Below, in pieces: positions 23,742 through 36,390 of a stretch of 47,036 nucleotides of DNA. The position numbers and the translations under genes are program-made. The DNA lies in contig NIVC01004401.1 of the NCBI GenBank assembly GCA_002269645.1, forward strand, positions 1 to 47,036, written 5' to 3'. The stretch's first letter is position 1; each line of letters starts with the position of its first letter. The DNA is from Macrostomum lignano. Taxonomy: Eukaryota. A model generated the notes under the pieces. The model saw only the letters and a list, made by a program, of their open reading frames with translations, had not been told where the DNA came from and did no database searches.

Positions 23742-24118
23742 CATAGATAAAGTATACCATAGATTCCACCCCTACCCCCGCGGAGTGTCTAAATTGTGAC
23801 CATCACTTTATTCACTGCGCTCCTATTGGCTGGGCCACGCTATGCACATTGAGTCCACGTGTGTACATTCCCCCAACTCCGCTTTTCTATTATCTCCGCT
23901 TTAACTGTTGAAACTGGTAAGACATCCTTTCGTTCCGCGCATTAAAGTTATAAAGCTTTCTTGTGTGGAAGGGGTGAGGGAATGAAATCGAAGGTGTTGA
24001 AAGGAAGGCTTTCGCGCCAGCCAATGAGAGCACGGTGAGTTTTATGGTGGTCAAAGTTTGGACACGAGCGTGTGTACATTCTGGGCAGGGGTGGAATCTA
24101 TGGTATACTTTATCTATG
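23742..24118 (-). mobile_element. 377-bp P-superfamily-like MITE, copy B (inverted)
   Basis: Reverse complement of copy A. Exact 8-bp TSD GTTGAGAG. Confidence 0.95.
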
Positions 24119-24815
24119 GTTGAGAGGTTGTGGGTTAGAAAATTTGGGGGTGGCGAATCGTGCTTAAATACAAGCTTATATAGATGAACAGGACAAGAGT
24201 CAGAGTTAAAGAAAGTTCGAGTGCATACTAGCTTTTCTATCTAATCTTGTACTCGAGAAATGTTTTGATTCGAACCACTGCTGTGCTCCCACTTGCACGA
24301 GCTTTGTACTAGTGCTATTAACATCCGAGAAAGAAAAATCCGTTGCGAATGCATAAATTACCAAAAGATGACACTGGCGAAGCGCTGGCAGCAGCTACTG
24401 CAGGAGCGTGGATATTGACCTTTATAAACAATTAAATCACGGGGCCTCCGTGTGTTCAGCTTGCACTTTATGGACGAGGCCTACTGCTGCCTTACAAAGT
24501 GCCACGGATGTGCAAGACATCTGTTTTCGCTGGGACGCAATCCCACACCAAGAGTTGATGCTGCCTCGGCTCGTTCAAATAGACCAGCTACCCTCTGTGC
24601 AAAGGACTGATAAACGATGAAGAGGCAGACGACATGTACCCTCCAGTGCTGGGGCCAATTAGCAATCTATCTGCAGCCGAGCCTGCGACTTGCCTGCTGC
24701 CAGTGCTGTGGCAGAGCAACCTTCGGCTACCAGATTCTGCGCCGAGAACAGCTGTTGCGGCTGAAAGCTCTCACCTCTGCAGCCGATTCGCGGGTTCCAA
24801 GCGCTAGAGGCAACG

Positions 24816-25203
24816 ATCAAGCGGCTGCAGCAACGATCCCGAGGCCGAAAGTGACAGGCGAATCAAGCGGCTGCAGCGGCAATCCCGAAAGCGACAGGCA
24901 AATCAAGCGGCTGCAGCGGCAATCCCGAAAGCGACAGGCAAATCAAGCGGCTGCAGCGGCAATCCCGAAAACGACAGGCAAATCAAGCGGCTGCAGCAGC
25001 AATCCCGAAAGCGACAGGCAAATCAAGCGGCTGCAGCGGCAATCCCGAAAACGACAGGCAAATCAAGCGGCTGCAGCGGCAATCCCGAAAGCGACAGGCA
25101 AATCAAGCGGCTGCAGCGGCAATCCCGAAAACGACAGGCAAATCAAGCGGCTGCAGCGGCAATCCCGAAAGCGACAGGCAAATCAAGCGGCTGCAGCGGC
25201 AAC
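24816..25203. repeat. 40-bp GC-rich minisatellite, ~10 copies
   Basis: Unit AATCAAGCGGCTGCAGCGGCAATCCCGAAA(G/A)CGACAGGCA with period 40 (24901, 24941, ... 25181). Confidence 0.95.
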
Positions 25204-27263
25204 ATTCGATGGTCAAGGCAAGTGCAGCGCAGTCGTGCATCCATGGACTGTGGAGGCGTGGCTAGCGCAGCTTCCAGCGGTCGACTGGGCGGCAGGGCGC
25301 TCGCAGTCAGGGGTGCTCTGGTCAAAGGATGTCATCTCATCAGCAGCTCATTGCAGCTGCACCACAAAAGTCCTGCTGCTTATCGGCTGCCTGTTACGAA
25401 ACCACTGAGGATTGGCTCTCCATCGGATACATCCCTGGACCTTGAAGTGGCGCATTCGCCAGTTTTTTTTCATCTGTTGGGCCGTTCTGAATGCTGCCTC
25501 TGAACAAGGGCGACTGGCGACCCTGTTCTTCAACAGCACGCTGCGAGTTTCACAAACAGATGAGCTGATTAAGATGAGAAATCTTTCTATTTTGCTACAC
25601 GAATATGGATTATGGAGTATATGATATAGCTCGTATTTGCTAAATATACAATAGTTGACTGCAATAATATAGCCTTCTATGCAATCTAAAGCATTCACAA
25701 TGTTGCTTTGAATTGTGGAAAGTATAATTATAAGTTTCTTTTTGCAAAAAAATCAATACAATTGCTGCATTGCATTCATCTGTTTTTTTATTTTTAAAAA
25801 ATATAAATAACGCTAAAATGTTTTTACTACTACTAAGCAGAAAGTAGAGTAAACTGTCGTGTTGTGAAAATTAGCTGGAGTGGCCTATCTAGTGTTTATA
25901 GTATCTGTGTGCTTAACTAGAAGAATGAAACAATGTGGGGTGCACAAACTCTTAAATAGGGCAAGCGAGAAAAAGTAAACAACCCACTAAAGTCTATCCG
26001 GCAATAATAGCAGCTTAATCCTGTTGGTTTACGGCTAACCCTAAATTCCTAAACCTTACCTAAAGCTATTTAAACCAACCCTAAGCCTTAACCGCCGGCA
26101 GTCAAATCGTCGTGCCCTCACCCAGCCTGTGAGAGTATTTGACAATTGTTTATTAATTATATTATATTATATAATTATATTATTACCAATTAGAGTACCT
26201 AAATGGTCCAAAGAGTGGTTGCTTTATAAGAGTGATTTTTTTTCCTTATTAAGCTACTTATATGTCCTTAATGTAGATAACGATATTTTTCATCGCAATA
26301 AATAATTTCCTTTGTTTGGTGTAGGGCCTGGGCCCATTATCAAATCAATGTTATAAATCTGTGACACAATGTCTTCTATCCATAGTATATACCATTATAC
26401 AGAAATATAAAGCTGCATTGTTTTACGCTCGTATTATCTACAATACGTAGTGTGCAGTTTTATGTTTCTGAACAATAAATTTATTGCTTAATTTGTTTTA
26501 TTGTTAAAGATCATTCTTGTTTCTAAACGGTTTTTAGTGCTATAAATATGTTTTCTGAAGCAAACAATCCGAATCTCTTTAAAATCGCAATTTATCTCTA
26601 TTGGGTATCATTTTTTAACCTAATAACTTACCCACGTGGCTTACTCACCATAATAGTCAGTTTCTCAAGAATTATAAATTTGACCCTCGTCTTATTTTTC
26701 GGCAGTAAATGTTTATCATTTCTACTGAAAGTAGTCTGTTGCGAAATTCGACGTGGTTAAAAATCATCAAGAAGTTTTTTACTCGTATCGTATGAGTAAA
26801 CTTGTACTTTTTTGGAATTAGCGGATTTGCTGCATCTGGATTTAGTCATGTTGTGAGCAAATCCTTGGCATGACGAAGGTTTCGGCTTTATCAAGCCGGG
26901 AAGGGGGGTGGCAACGCAGTCTGATTAAATTTCAAAAATTATTTCCGAATCATTTGGTCTTCTAGAAGCAGTCATTGCTTTAATCTGAGAGAGGAAGCGG
27001 TGCGTGTTTTCTGCAAGGTCGCTTCGTGTTAATCCTAATTAGAGAGGGAGGGGGAGCAGGGGAGTTTTACTCGCGTGGTTTTCCCCGTCTAATCTGATCT
27101 GCTCCGTGGGGAAATTTCTTGTTTCGAAGTCAGATTTCATTTAATTTGTAACTGCGTTGAATTCTATCAATTATTATCTATTTGACACCAAAAGTCCTCG
27201 CATAATAGTTGAGATTGCCTGTAGAGAGTGGCTGCATCAGCTTGTTGAATAATATATTTTAAT

Positions 27264-27944
27264 GGGAGCACGAGAAATGCCCGCAGACGAATTGCCCGCC
27301 GAGATTTGCCCGCAGGAGATTTGCCCGTGGAGATTTGCCCGCCGAGCTTTTCCCGCGGAGATTTGCCCGCAGTGCATTTTGCCCGTGAGCGAATTGCCCG
27401 TGGAGATTTGCCCGCCGAGAATTGCCCGCCGAGATTTGCCCGCAGTGCAATTTGCCCGCGAGCGAGTTGCCCGCCGAGTTTTTTCCCGCCGAGGTTTGCC
27501 CGCAATGCTTTTTTCCCGCAGCGCATTTGGCAGCTAGATTCTGTCTGCATTGCCCCCCCCCCAAAAAAAATATGCATTTGATATGCAGTTACTATCAAAA
27601 CGTTTTGATCATGTAAATCTCTTTATTGAGATTTACTAAGCATTGGGAAGGCAATGCAGACAAAATCTGCCGCGTGGCTAAATGCGCTGCAGGAAAAAAG
27701 CATTGCGGGCAAACCTCGGCGGGAAAAAACTCGGCGGGCAACTCGCTCGCGGGCAAATTGCACTGCGGGCAAATCTCGGCGGGCAATTCTCGGCGGGCAA
27801 ATCTCCACGGGCAATTCGCTCACGGGCAAAATGCACTGCGGGCAAATCTCCGCGGGAAAAGCTCGGCGGGCAAATCTCCACGGGCAAATCTCCTGCGGGC
27901 AAATCTCGGCGGGCAATTTGTCTGCGGGCAATTCTCATGGACCC
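27264..27944. mobile_element. 681-bp Mutator/foldback-like element with long TIRs built of TTTGCCCGC subrepeats
   Basis: GGG...CCC termini, ~300-bp inverted arms and an exact 9-bp TSD TATTTTAAT (27255-27263, 27945-27953), consistent with MULE/Foldback. Confidence 0.88.
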
Positions 27945-28089
27945 TATTTTAATTAAATCATCATACTTATTTTTAACTAAATTGTCTGCCCCGATCTCGG
28001 CAGTTTTTGCTAGAAACGCCATTAGTTCTGCTGTCTGCATTTTTAAACTGTTTAATTTTAGTTTGTGCGGGCTCTGCTTAGGAGGTATT

Positions 28090-28556
28090 AGAGACGGGTT
28101 CACAGAGGGGAATATTAGAGACAGGGATCACAGAGGGGATATTAGAGACGGGGATCACAGAGGGGATATTAGAGACGGGATCACAGAGGGATATTAGAGA
28201 CGGGAGTCCCAGATCAGAGGGGATGTTAGAGACGGGAGTCCCAGAGGGGATGTTAGAGACGGGAGTCCCAGAGGGGATTTTAGAGATGGGAGTCCCAGGA
28301 TGTTAGAGACGGGAGTCCCAGAGTGGATGTTAGAGACGGGAGTCCCAGAGTGGATGTTAGAGACGGGAGTCCCAGAGGGGATGTTAGAGACGGGAGTCCC
28401 AGAGGGGATGTTAGAGACGGGAGTTCCAGAGGGGATGTTAGAGACGGGAGTCCCAGAAGGGATGTTAGAGACGGGAGTCCCAGAAGGGATGTTAGAGACG
28501 GGAGTCCCAGAGTGGATGTTAGAGACGGGAGTCCCAGAGGGGATGTTTGAGACGGG
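28090..28556. repeat. 27-bp minisatellite
   Basis: Unit GTTAGAGACGGGAGTCCCAGAG(G/T)GGAT, with shorter GATCACAG variants at the 5' end. Confidence 0.93.
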
Positions 28557-29119
28557 GTCAGCGATGTGAGATCAAAGAGTCTAGATCAAAGGTGGTTTTA
28601 AAGCATAGAATAGGAAATTCAATGCATAGAGCAAAAGAAGCGACCTGCAACATCAAGTCCGCTTGCAACATGTTAATAATCCGCTTTCAATGGATACAAC
28701 ATTGAAGTCTGTTTGTTCACTTTTAATCTTTCAAAGGCACAGGCAGAGTCAGTGGCAGTTGTTGGGTTTGCTTTAATCTGCATAACATAAAAGATACAAT
28801 GCATAAATGTAGTTCTCGCGATCGCATCACGCAAGATTGCTTGAGGCGAGGCCGGAGCTATTGAGACATCGGGGCTTTAATTTATAATGACCATCACGAT
28901 CTAGCCAGAGGCTGCGCTGCGCATGCAGATATGCAGTCTTGGCTAATAACATTTTACAGTGAATTTGGTATTAGAGTGTCTGGTTTTGAGGGAATAATTA
29001 GGGAGACCACTGACTATAGAGAGATCCGCGATAGTGACAAGAGTGACAGGCATCTTTGAAAGTGACGAGAGAGGTCTGAGAAAGTTTACGAAAGAGATTT
29101 TTGAAAGTGACGAAAATGA

Positions 29120-29680
29120 TCTTGAAGGGTGACGAGAACTCTGTGAGAGTGACGAGGGATATCTTGCAGATAGCTAGTGACGAGAACTCTGTGAGAGTGA
29201 CGAGGGATATCTTGCAGATAGCTAGTGACGAGAGATCTGTGAAAGTGACTAGGGATATCTTGTAGATAGCTAGTGACGAGAGATCTGTGAGAGTGACGAG
29301 GGATATCTTGCAGAGAGTGACGAGGGATATCTTGCAGAGAGTGACGAGAGATCTGTGAGAGTGACGAGGGATATCTTGCAGAGAGTGACGAGAGATCTGT
29401 GAGAGTGACAAGATATCTTGCAGAGAGTGACGAGAGATCTGTGAGAGTGACAAGATATCTTGCAGAGAGTGACGAGAGATCTGTGAGAGTGACAAGATAT
29501 CTTGCAGCGAGTGACGAGAGATCTGTGAGAGTGACAAGATATCTTGCAGAGAGTGACGAGAGATCTGTGAGAGTGACAAGATATCTTGCAGAGAGTGACG
29601 AGCGATCTGTGAGAGTGACAAGATATCTTGCAGAGAGTGACGAGAGATCTGTGAAAGTGACGAGAAGTATCTTGCATTGC
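29120..29680. repeat. ~42-bp minisatellite
   Basis: Unit GAGTGACGAGAGATCTGTGAGAGTGACAAGATATCTTGCAGA and variants. Confidence 0.92.
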
Positions 29681-30199
29681 AGAATATCTTGATCCTGAAA
29701 AGAGTGACAAGAGCTTTCATTGAGTGATCATATTACCCGTAAACTTTTCTGGGAATAAATTCAACGCAATTGTTTTCTGTTAGCGCATGAATTATACTTT
29801 ACGCTACAAAAGTCCAGGCAGATATGCTAATAGTCATTTTCAGTCTCAACTGTACAAGCGCAGTGATAATGAGAGTGAGAGGAATTCGTGTGATATTAAA
29901 ATAATGACACCGGAGCGATATACCAAGTAATTAAATAGCCGACTGTCCGATCGCAGCTGTGCCGTCTCTCTGCCTTATCTCCGATCTCTTCCGTCTCCGC
30001 CAGGCGGGTCAATTAGTGCGAAAGTGGGGCCTGCGCAGTTAAGTCTGGAAGGCGGAAGAGAGATAATAGCGTGCGCGTAGCCGTCCTTGCGTGGCTTTAG
30101 CGCGGGTAAAAGTACAAAAATGTTTGCTATAATGGTGACTGCGCTAGGAAATCCTACCTGCTTGTACTAAAAAAGCGCCCCGTTACAGAACGTGACGCA

Positions 30200-30990
30200 A
30201 TGCCTCCTACAGGACGGGGCGCCATGTCTCCTACAGAATGGGGCGCGATGTCTCCAACAGAACGGGCGCCATGTCTCCTACAGAACGGGCGCCATGTCTC
30301 CTACAGAACGGGCGCCATGTCTCCTACAGAATGGGGCGCCATGCCTCACTACAGAACGGGGCGCCATGTCTCCTACAGAACGGGCGCCATGTCTCCTACA
30401 GAACGGGGCGCCATGTCTCCTACAGAACGGGCGCCATGTCTCCTACAGAATGGGGCGCCATGCCTCACTACAGAACGGGGCGCCATGTCTCCTACAGAAC
30501 GGGCGCCATGTCTCCTACAGAACGGGCGCCATGTCTCCAACAGAATGGGGCGCCATGCCTCACTACAGAACGGGGCGCCATGCCTCACTACAGAACGGGG
30601 CGCCATGCCTCCTATAGAACGGGGCGCCATGTCTCACTATAGAATGGGGTGCTATGCCTACAGAACGGGGCGCCATGCCTCCAACAGAATGGGGCGCCAT
30701 GTCTCCTACAGAACGGGCGCCATGTCTCCAACAGAATGGGGCGCCATGTCTCCTACAGAACGGGCGCCATGTCTCCTACAGAACGGGCGCCATGTCTCCA
30801 ACAGAATGGGGCGCCATGCCTCACTACAGAACGGGGCGCCATGCCTACAGAATGGGGCGCCATGCCTCACACAGGACGGGGCGCCATGCCTCACACAGAA
30901 CGGGGCGCCATGCCTCACTACAGAACGGGGCGCCATGCCTCACTACAGAACGGGGCGCCATGCCTCACTACAGAACGGGGCGCCATGACT
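30200..30990. repeat. 22-25-bp minisatellite
   Basis: Unit GGGCGCCATGTCTCCTACAGAA(C/T) with a GCCTCACTACAG variant, >30 copies. Confidence 0.95.
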
Positions 30991-31794
30991 CCTACAGAGC
31001 GCGTCGAGACACATACAAATTCAGAGATATTATTGACTTTTAATTACAGACAATGGGATCGGAGAGGACTTGCAAAACTACAAAAACTCGGCCTACAAGG
31101 CTCTCTCTTCATCTCACTCGGTTTTTCATTAACGCCATGATTCCCATTCGCATGTCCCTTGTCACTCATCTCTTTCTCAGTGCAGTCTCTCTATCTTCAT
31201 CATATCCTGTAGCAATATGCCGCTTTTTAATTACTCTGTATCCGGCTGCGTGACCAATTATACAGCATTATTATTATAGCCGCTGCTCAGGGATTGAGCA
31301 CTTGCATTAGTTAGAAGCAGGGTGGATACATAATTATGAGCACGCGCTGCTTTAGCCGCTAATGCGCTGCGAGACACGTGCTGTATTATTAATTCCCAGC
31401 TCTCTTGGGGACTGATGAGGCTCCGGCGGCTGCTTAGGGGACACAGGGAATAGGAAGGTAAAACCGCGCCATTACTCAGATTTGTCAGCTCAAAATATGT
31501 GGACTTCCCGTCTCTTCTGTCTCTCATTGCTTGCTAATGAGAATTTTTTATCCGAGGTTATATCCGTCTACATCGTGAGCTCGTATTGCAGTATCTCGGT
31601 AGATTGTGCATTTCAGGTTTATCATATCGACGAGATGACTATAAGATCGAGTGCTTGATTAGTTGGGGCTTGGGGGTATTTAAATATGGTCAAGTAGGGA
31701 CTCGATATATTGAATTATTGAGAAGTGCTGCTGCCGACATGTCCTGCTTACTCCATTCTCTCATACCTTTGTATGATCCTCTTGCGCTTGTCCA

Positions 31795-32165
31795 TCTCCC
31801 ATTTTCTCCCTCCCTCTTGATCAATTCTCCACCCTCTCCCTCCCTCTTGATCAATTCTCCACCCTCTCCCTCCCTCTTGATCAATTCTCCACCCTCTCCC
31901 TCCCTCTTGATCAATTCTCCACCCTCTCCCTCCCTCTTGATCAATTCTCCACCCTCTCCCTCCCCCTCCCTCTTGATCCCCTCTCCCTTCCCTCCCCCTC
32001 CCTCTTGATCCCCTCTCCATTCCCTCTCACTCCCTCTTGATCCCTTCCCTCTCCCTCCCTTTTGATCCCCTCTCCCTTCCCTCTCCCTCCCTCTTGATCC
32101 ATTCTCCCTTCCCTCTCCCTCCCTCTTGATCCATTCTCCCTTCCCTCTCCCTTCTCACTCTCTCT
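31795..32165. repeat. 30-bp pyrimidine-rich minisatellite and decayed CT-rich tract
   Basis: Unit CTCTCCCTCCCTCTTGATCAATTCTCCACC, ~5 copies, then variants. Confidence 0.9.
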
Positions 32166-33269
32166 CTTCCACTCCCGTTCTCTCCATTCTTGGCCTTCGT
32201 TTCCCCATACAGTCTCCAGTTTTTTGTCTTCACATCCGTCTCTGTCAGCGTCTCCTTCCATCGTTCTGTAACAGCCAAGCAGTCAATGATTAGTCTTCTT
32301 GCGTCTGATTTCTCCCATATCTTCCTGGCGCTGCCCTTCAGTCATGCGTCAGTTCCTTTCTCCCACTAAATAGGATATCGATATCTGTCCAATGCAGACG
32401 CCCCCAAAGCTGCAGATATTCCATGTATACTCGTATGATTACCTAGAATGACCTAGAAAGAACTGACTTGTGTCAGTTGATGCAAGCTGTTCCAAAACCC
32501 GGTCTTGGCACACTCCGTTAATGGCTATAGCTGTATTCAGAATCCAGCCCATGCGCACAGAGAGGGGAAGAGAGGCAAGACGGTAAAAGTGCAGGCAGAA
32601 CTCCCCGCAGCAGGTTCTGAGATCCCACTGGCTGCATGGGTTCTAATTTGCATTTTTCTCCCATAGCCTTCTTTGGTCTGCGCGGTCAATCTGAACTTTT
32701 CACTCTGTCCTTGTATGCGATGCTGCACCCTGCCCAGCCTCCTTACTCGTAGGAGTTTTTCTAATGTGTTCCTTCTTCTTTTAGAGGCAAAACGGATGCC
32801 CTGGGGGGCGGCGCTGATTAATCCACCCCGCAAGGCGTTCTCCCTCGCGTTCTCCCTTCCCCTTTCCAGCCTTCCACCATCGGCCTCTTCAAGCGGGGAT
32901 CGACTTTATCCCCCCCGAAAATCCTTATCCTGGCCCTTCATCATTCCTTCCCAGCTTCCTTATATATATGCATGTATATTCTTATATATTATATAAGGAC
33001 GGCAGCACATCCTATAGATATGCAGATATTTGCATTGCGGGTCCTTGGCTGCACAGTTAAGCCAGGCAATCGTAACACTGGCTAAGACGAAATGGGATAT
33101 CCAAAGAAAGAAATCCCATTATGTACTAACAGTGTATAAGCATCTTATACTGGCTTTCTGCGTGCACACGCGCCATGGACGGCGAACTGGAATTGAAACT
33201 GAAAATGGATGAAATTCTTTTACACTTTTCCTATGCTTGGATAGTCTGGCCGATTCTGGTCAGGGTTAA

Positions 33270-33575
33270 GAATTAGGAGTGATTCTCTGGTGAGGATTTG
33301 GGATTAGGAGTGATTATCAGGTCAGGATTTGGGATTAGAAGTGATTCTCAGGTAAGGATTTGGGATTACTAGTGATTCTCAGATGAGGATTTGAGATTAG
33401 AAGTGATTCTCAGATGAGGATTTGGGATTAGAAGTGATTCTCAGGTGAGGATTTGGGATTAGGAGTGATTCTCATGTGAGGATTTGGGATTAGGCGTGAT
33501 TCTCAGGTGAGGATTTGGGATTAGGAGTGATTCTCAGGTGAGGATTTGGGATTAGGAGTGATTCTCAGGTGAGGT
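33270..33575. repeat. 31-bp minisatellite
   Basis: Unit GGATTTGGGATTAGGAGTGATTCTCAGGTGA, ~10 copies. Confidence 0.93.
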
Positions 33576-33999
33576 TGCAGTGTTAGGAGTGAGTCTGGTA
33601 AAGATGGTGTGTGTATTTTCCAAAATTATGAGTTTTGTTGAGTACACGCATGCAGAGCGCACGATGCTTTTGAAACTGACATTAGCCCAGAATTGATGGA
33701 GCAGATGATTTGGATAAACTGATATTCGCTCCAGATTGCTCCAACCAAAGCACCCTGGCTTCATATATTCCAAGAGGAACTAGCAAACATTCCCTAAAAC
33801 GTTTATTTTTAGTTCCCAATTCCCACGAAGGAAATGAATAGTTTTTAAGCATCAGCTGACCTGATATGTTTGGGTGGGCTGCTGGGAACGGATGGACTTT
33901 TACCACAAGGCAGCTAAAATACTGGATTGGTGCTGCATAATTCTATCTATTTATCACACTGCATGCTATTCTCTAATATATTTTCAGCTAGTGTCCAAC

Positions 34000-34772
34000 A
34001 GAGCCTAAGCTACTGTCTAACAGAGCCTAAGCTACTGTCTAACAGAGCCTAAGCTACTGTCTAACAGAGCCTAAGCTACTGTCTAACAGAGCCTAAGCTA
34101 CTGTCTAACAGAGCCTAAGCTACTGTCTAACAGAGCCTAAGCTACTGTCTAACAGAGCCTAAGCTACTGTCTAACAGAGCCTAAGCTACTGTCTAACAGA
34201 GCCTAAGCTACTGTCTAACAGAGCCTAAGCTACTGTCTAACAGAGCCTAAGCTACTGTCTAACAGAGCCTAAGCTACTGTCTAACAGAGCCTAAGCTACT
34301 GTCTAACAGAGCCTAAGCTACTGTCTAACAGAGCCTAAGCTACTGTCTAACAGAGCCTAAGCTACTGTCTAGCAGAGCCTAAGCTACTGTCTAACAGAGC
34401 CTAAGCTACTGTCTAACAGAGCCTAAGCTACTGTCTAACAGAGCCTAAGCTACTGTCTAACAGAGCCTAAGCTACTGTCTAACAGAGCCTAAGCTACTGT
34501 CTAACAGAGCCTAAGCTACTGTCTAACAGAGCCTAAGCTACTGTCTAACAGAGCCTAAGCTACTGTCTAACAGAGCCTAAGCTACTGTATAGCAGAGCCT
34601 AAGCTACTGTCTAGCAGAGCCTAAGCTACTGTCTAGCAGAGCCTAAGCTACTGTATAGCAGAGCCTAAGCTACTGTATAGCAGAGCCTAAGCTACTGTAT
34701 AGCAGAGCCTAAGCTACTGTATAGCAGAGCCTAAGCTACTGTCTAGCAGAGCCTAAGCTACTGTCTAGCAGA
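34000..34772. repeat. 22-bp near-perfect minisatellite, ~35 copies
   Basis: Unit CAGAGCCTAAGCTACTGTCTAA, with CTAG/ATAG variants at the 3' end. Confidence 0.97.
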
Positions 34773-34974
34773 TTATATATAAGCGCTGTTGCGTGACTGG
34801 CAGGTGAAAACACCCTGCCCCTCCCCAGAGCCCGTTGAGGGCGTTGGCGGTGTGATTTGATGCGGGCCCTCTTCATCTTCCTCCTGAGATGTTTACGGAT
34901 GAAAAATGATTAAATTGCCATCGTTGAAGAAATTGTCGCTCATGCCTTTTTAGTCTAATCCAGAATTTCTTCCC

Positions 34975-35100
34975 AGGTATCACAGGTATCTCCGATTCCT
35001 GTTCCAGGTAATCACAGGTATCTCCGATTCCTGTTCCAGGTAATCACAGGTATCTCCGATTCCTGTTCCAGGTAAACACAGTTATCTCCGATTCCTGTTC
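34975..35100. repeat. 32-bp tandem repeat, ~3.5 copies
   Basis: Unit CAGGTATCTCCGATTCCTGTTCCAGGTAATCA. Confidence 0.88.
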
Positions 35101-35469
35101 CCGGCATCGCAGGCATCGCTAATTCAGGCCGCAAAGCTTTCTTAGAAAGTATGATCACTTCCCTTAAAAATTTAGCACCTCCTCGAGTTGATAAGAGCGT
35201 CAACATCACGGGACTTCTTGACGTTGAGAGAATTAACAGCGAAAGGCAGAAGTTCTGTTCGCTACTCTTTGATACCGAGTGGGCAGATTACTATCATATT
35301 CCGCCTAGCAACTCAGATTTCTTAATAATTTTCCGCAGTGCCATTAATGTAAATATTCTAATAGCATTGTCCGGCCCTTATTTCTGAGCTTCTTAAAATC
35401 GCAAAATGAGTTATGAAATATGAGTTGCAGGGGATTAATAAAGCTGTTTTTCACTGAAATCATGCTAAG

Positions 35470-36390
35470 GCTGACAGAAAAGAGAGAGAGAGAGAGCTGA
35501 TAGAAATGAAGAGAGAGAGGGAGCTGACAGAAATGAAAAGAGAGAGGAAGGGAGCTGACAGAAATAAAGAGAGAGAGGGAGCTGACAGAAATGAAGAGAG
35601 AGAGGGAGCTGACAGAAATGAAGAGAGAGAGGGAGCTGACAGAAATGAAGAGAGAGGGGAAGGGAGCTGACAGAAATAAGGAGAGATGGGGAGCTGACAG
35701 AAATAAAGAGAGAGGGGGAGCTGACAGAAATAAAGAGAGAGGGGGAGCTGACAGAAATAAAGAGAGAGAGAGAGCTGATAGAAATGAAGAGAGAGAGGGA
35801 GCTGACAGAAATGAAAAGAGAGAGGAAGGGAGCTGACAGAAATAAAGAGAGAGAGGGAGCTGACAGAAATGAAGAGAGAGAGGGAGCTGACAGAAATGAA
35901 GAGAGAGAGGGAGCTGACAGAAATGAAGAGAGAGGGGAAGGGAGCTGACAGAAATAAGGAGAGATGGGGAGCTGACAGAAATAAAGAGAGAGGGGGAGCT
36001 GACAGAAATAAAGAGAGAGGGGGAGCTGACAGAAATAAAGAGAGAGAGGGAGCTGACAGAAATGAAGAGAGAGAGGGAGCTGACAGAAATGAAGAGAGAG
36101 AGGGAGCTGACAGAAATAGAGAGAGGGAGCTGACAGAAATGAAGAGAGAGAGAGAGGAAGTTGACAGAAATGAAGAGAGAGAGGGAGCTGACAGAAATAG
36201 AGAGAGAGAGAGAGGAAGTTGACAGAAATAGAGAGAGGGAGCTGACAGAAATAGAGAGAGGGAACTGACAGAAATGAAGAGAGAGAGGGAACTGACAGAA
36301 ATGAAGAGAGAGAGGGAACTGACAGAAATGAAGAGAGAGAGGGAACTGACAGAAATGAAGAGAGAGAGGGAACTGACAGAAATGAAGATC
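35470..36390. repeat. ~27-bp purine-rich minisatellite with an internal higher-order duplication
   Basis: Unit GAGAGAGAGGGAGCTGACAGAAAT(G/A)AA. The block at ~35520-35800 recurs at ~35800-36080. Confidence 0.93.

Noticed and set aside
24262-24330. Minus-strand GGTTCGAATC B-box-like motif suggesting a tRNA or SINE head
   Set aside because: No convincing cloverleaf or acceptor stem, a poor A-box, and no second copy in the window.
24368-24418. MTLAKRWQQLLQERGY resembles a mariner transposase C-terminus; ATGA stop/start overlap at 24617-24620
   Set aside because: Too short, with no DDE core or TIRs. The upstream ORF of the overlap has only a GTG start, so translational coupling is unsupported.
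25300-25400. SGVLWSKDVISSAAHC resembles the trypsin His motif (GGSLISxxWVLTAAHC)
   Set aside because: No upstream Cys or IVGG, no Asp or GDSGGP motif in any downstream frame, and a stop follows within ~20 codons. Treated as chance unless an HMM search says otherwise.
26030-26100. AACCCTAA/CCTAA telomere-like motifs
   Set aside because: Scattered and degenerate, not a tandem telomeric tract, and no element boundaries were found.
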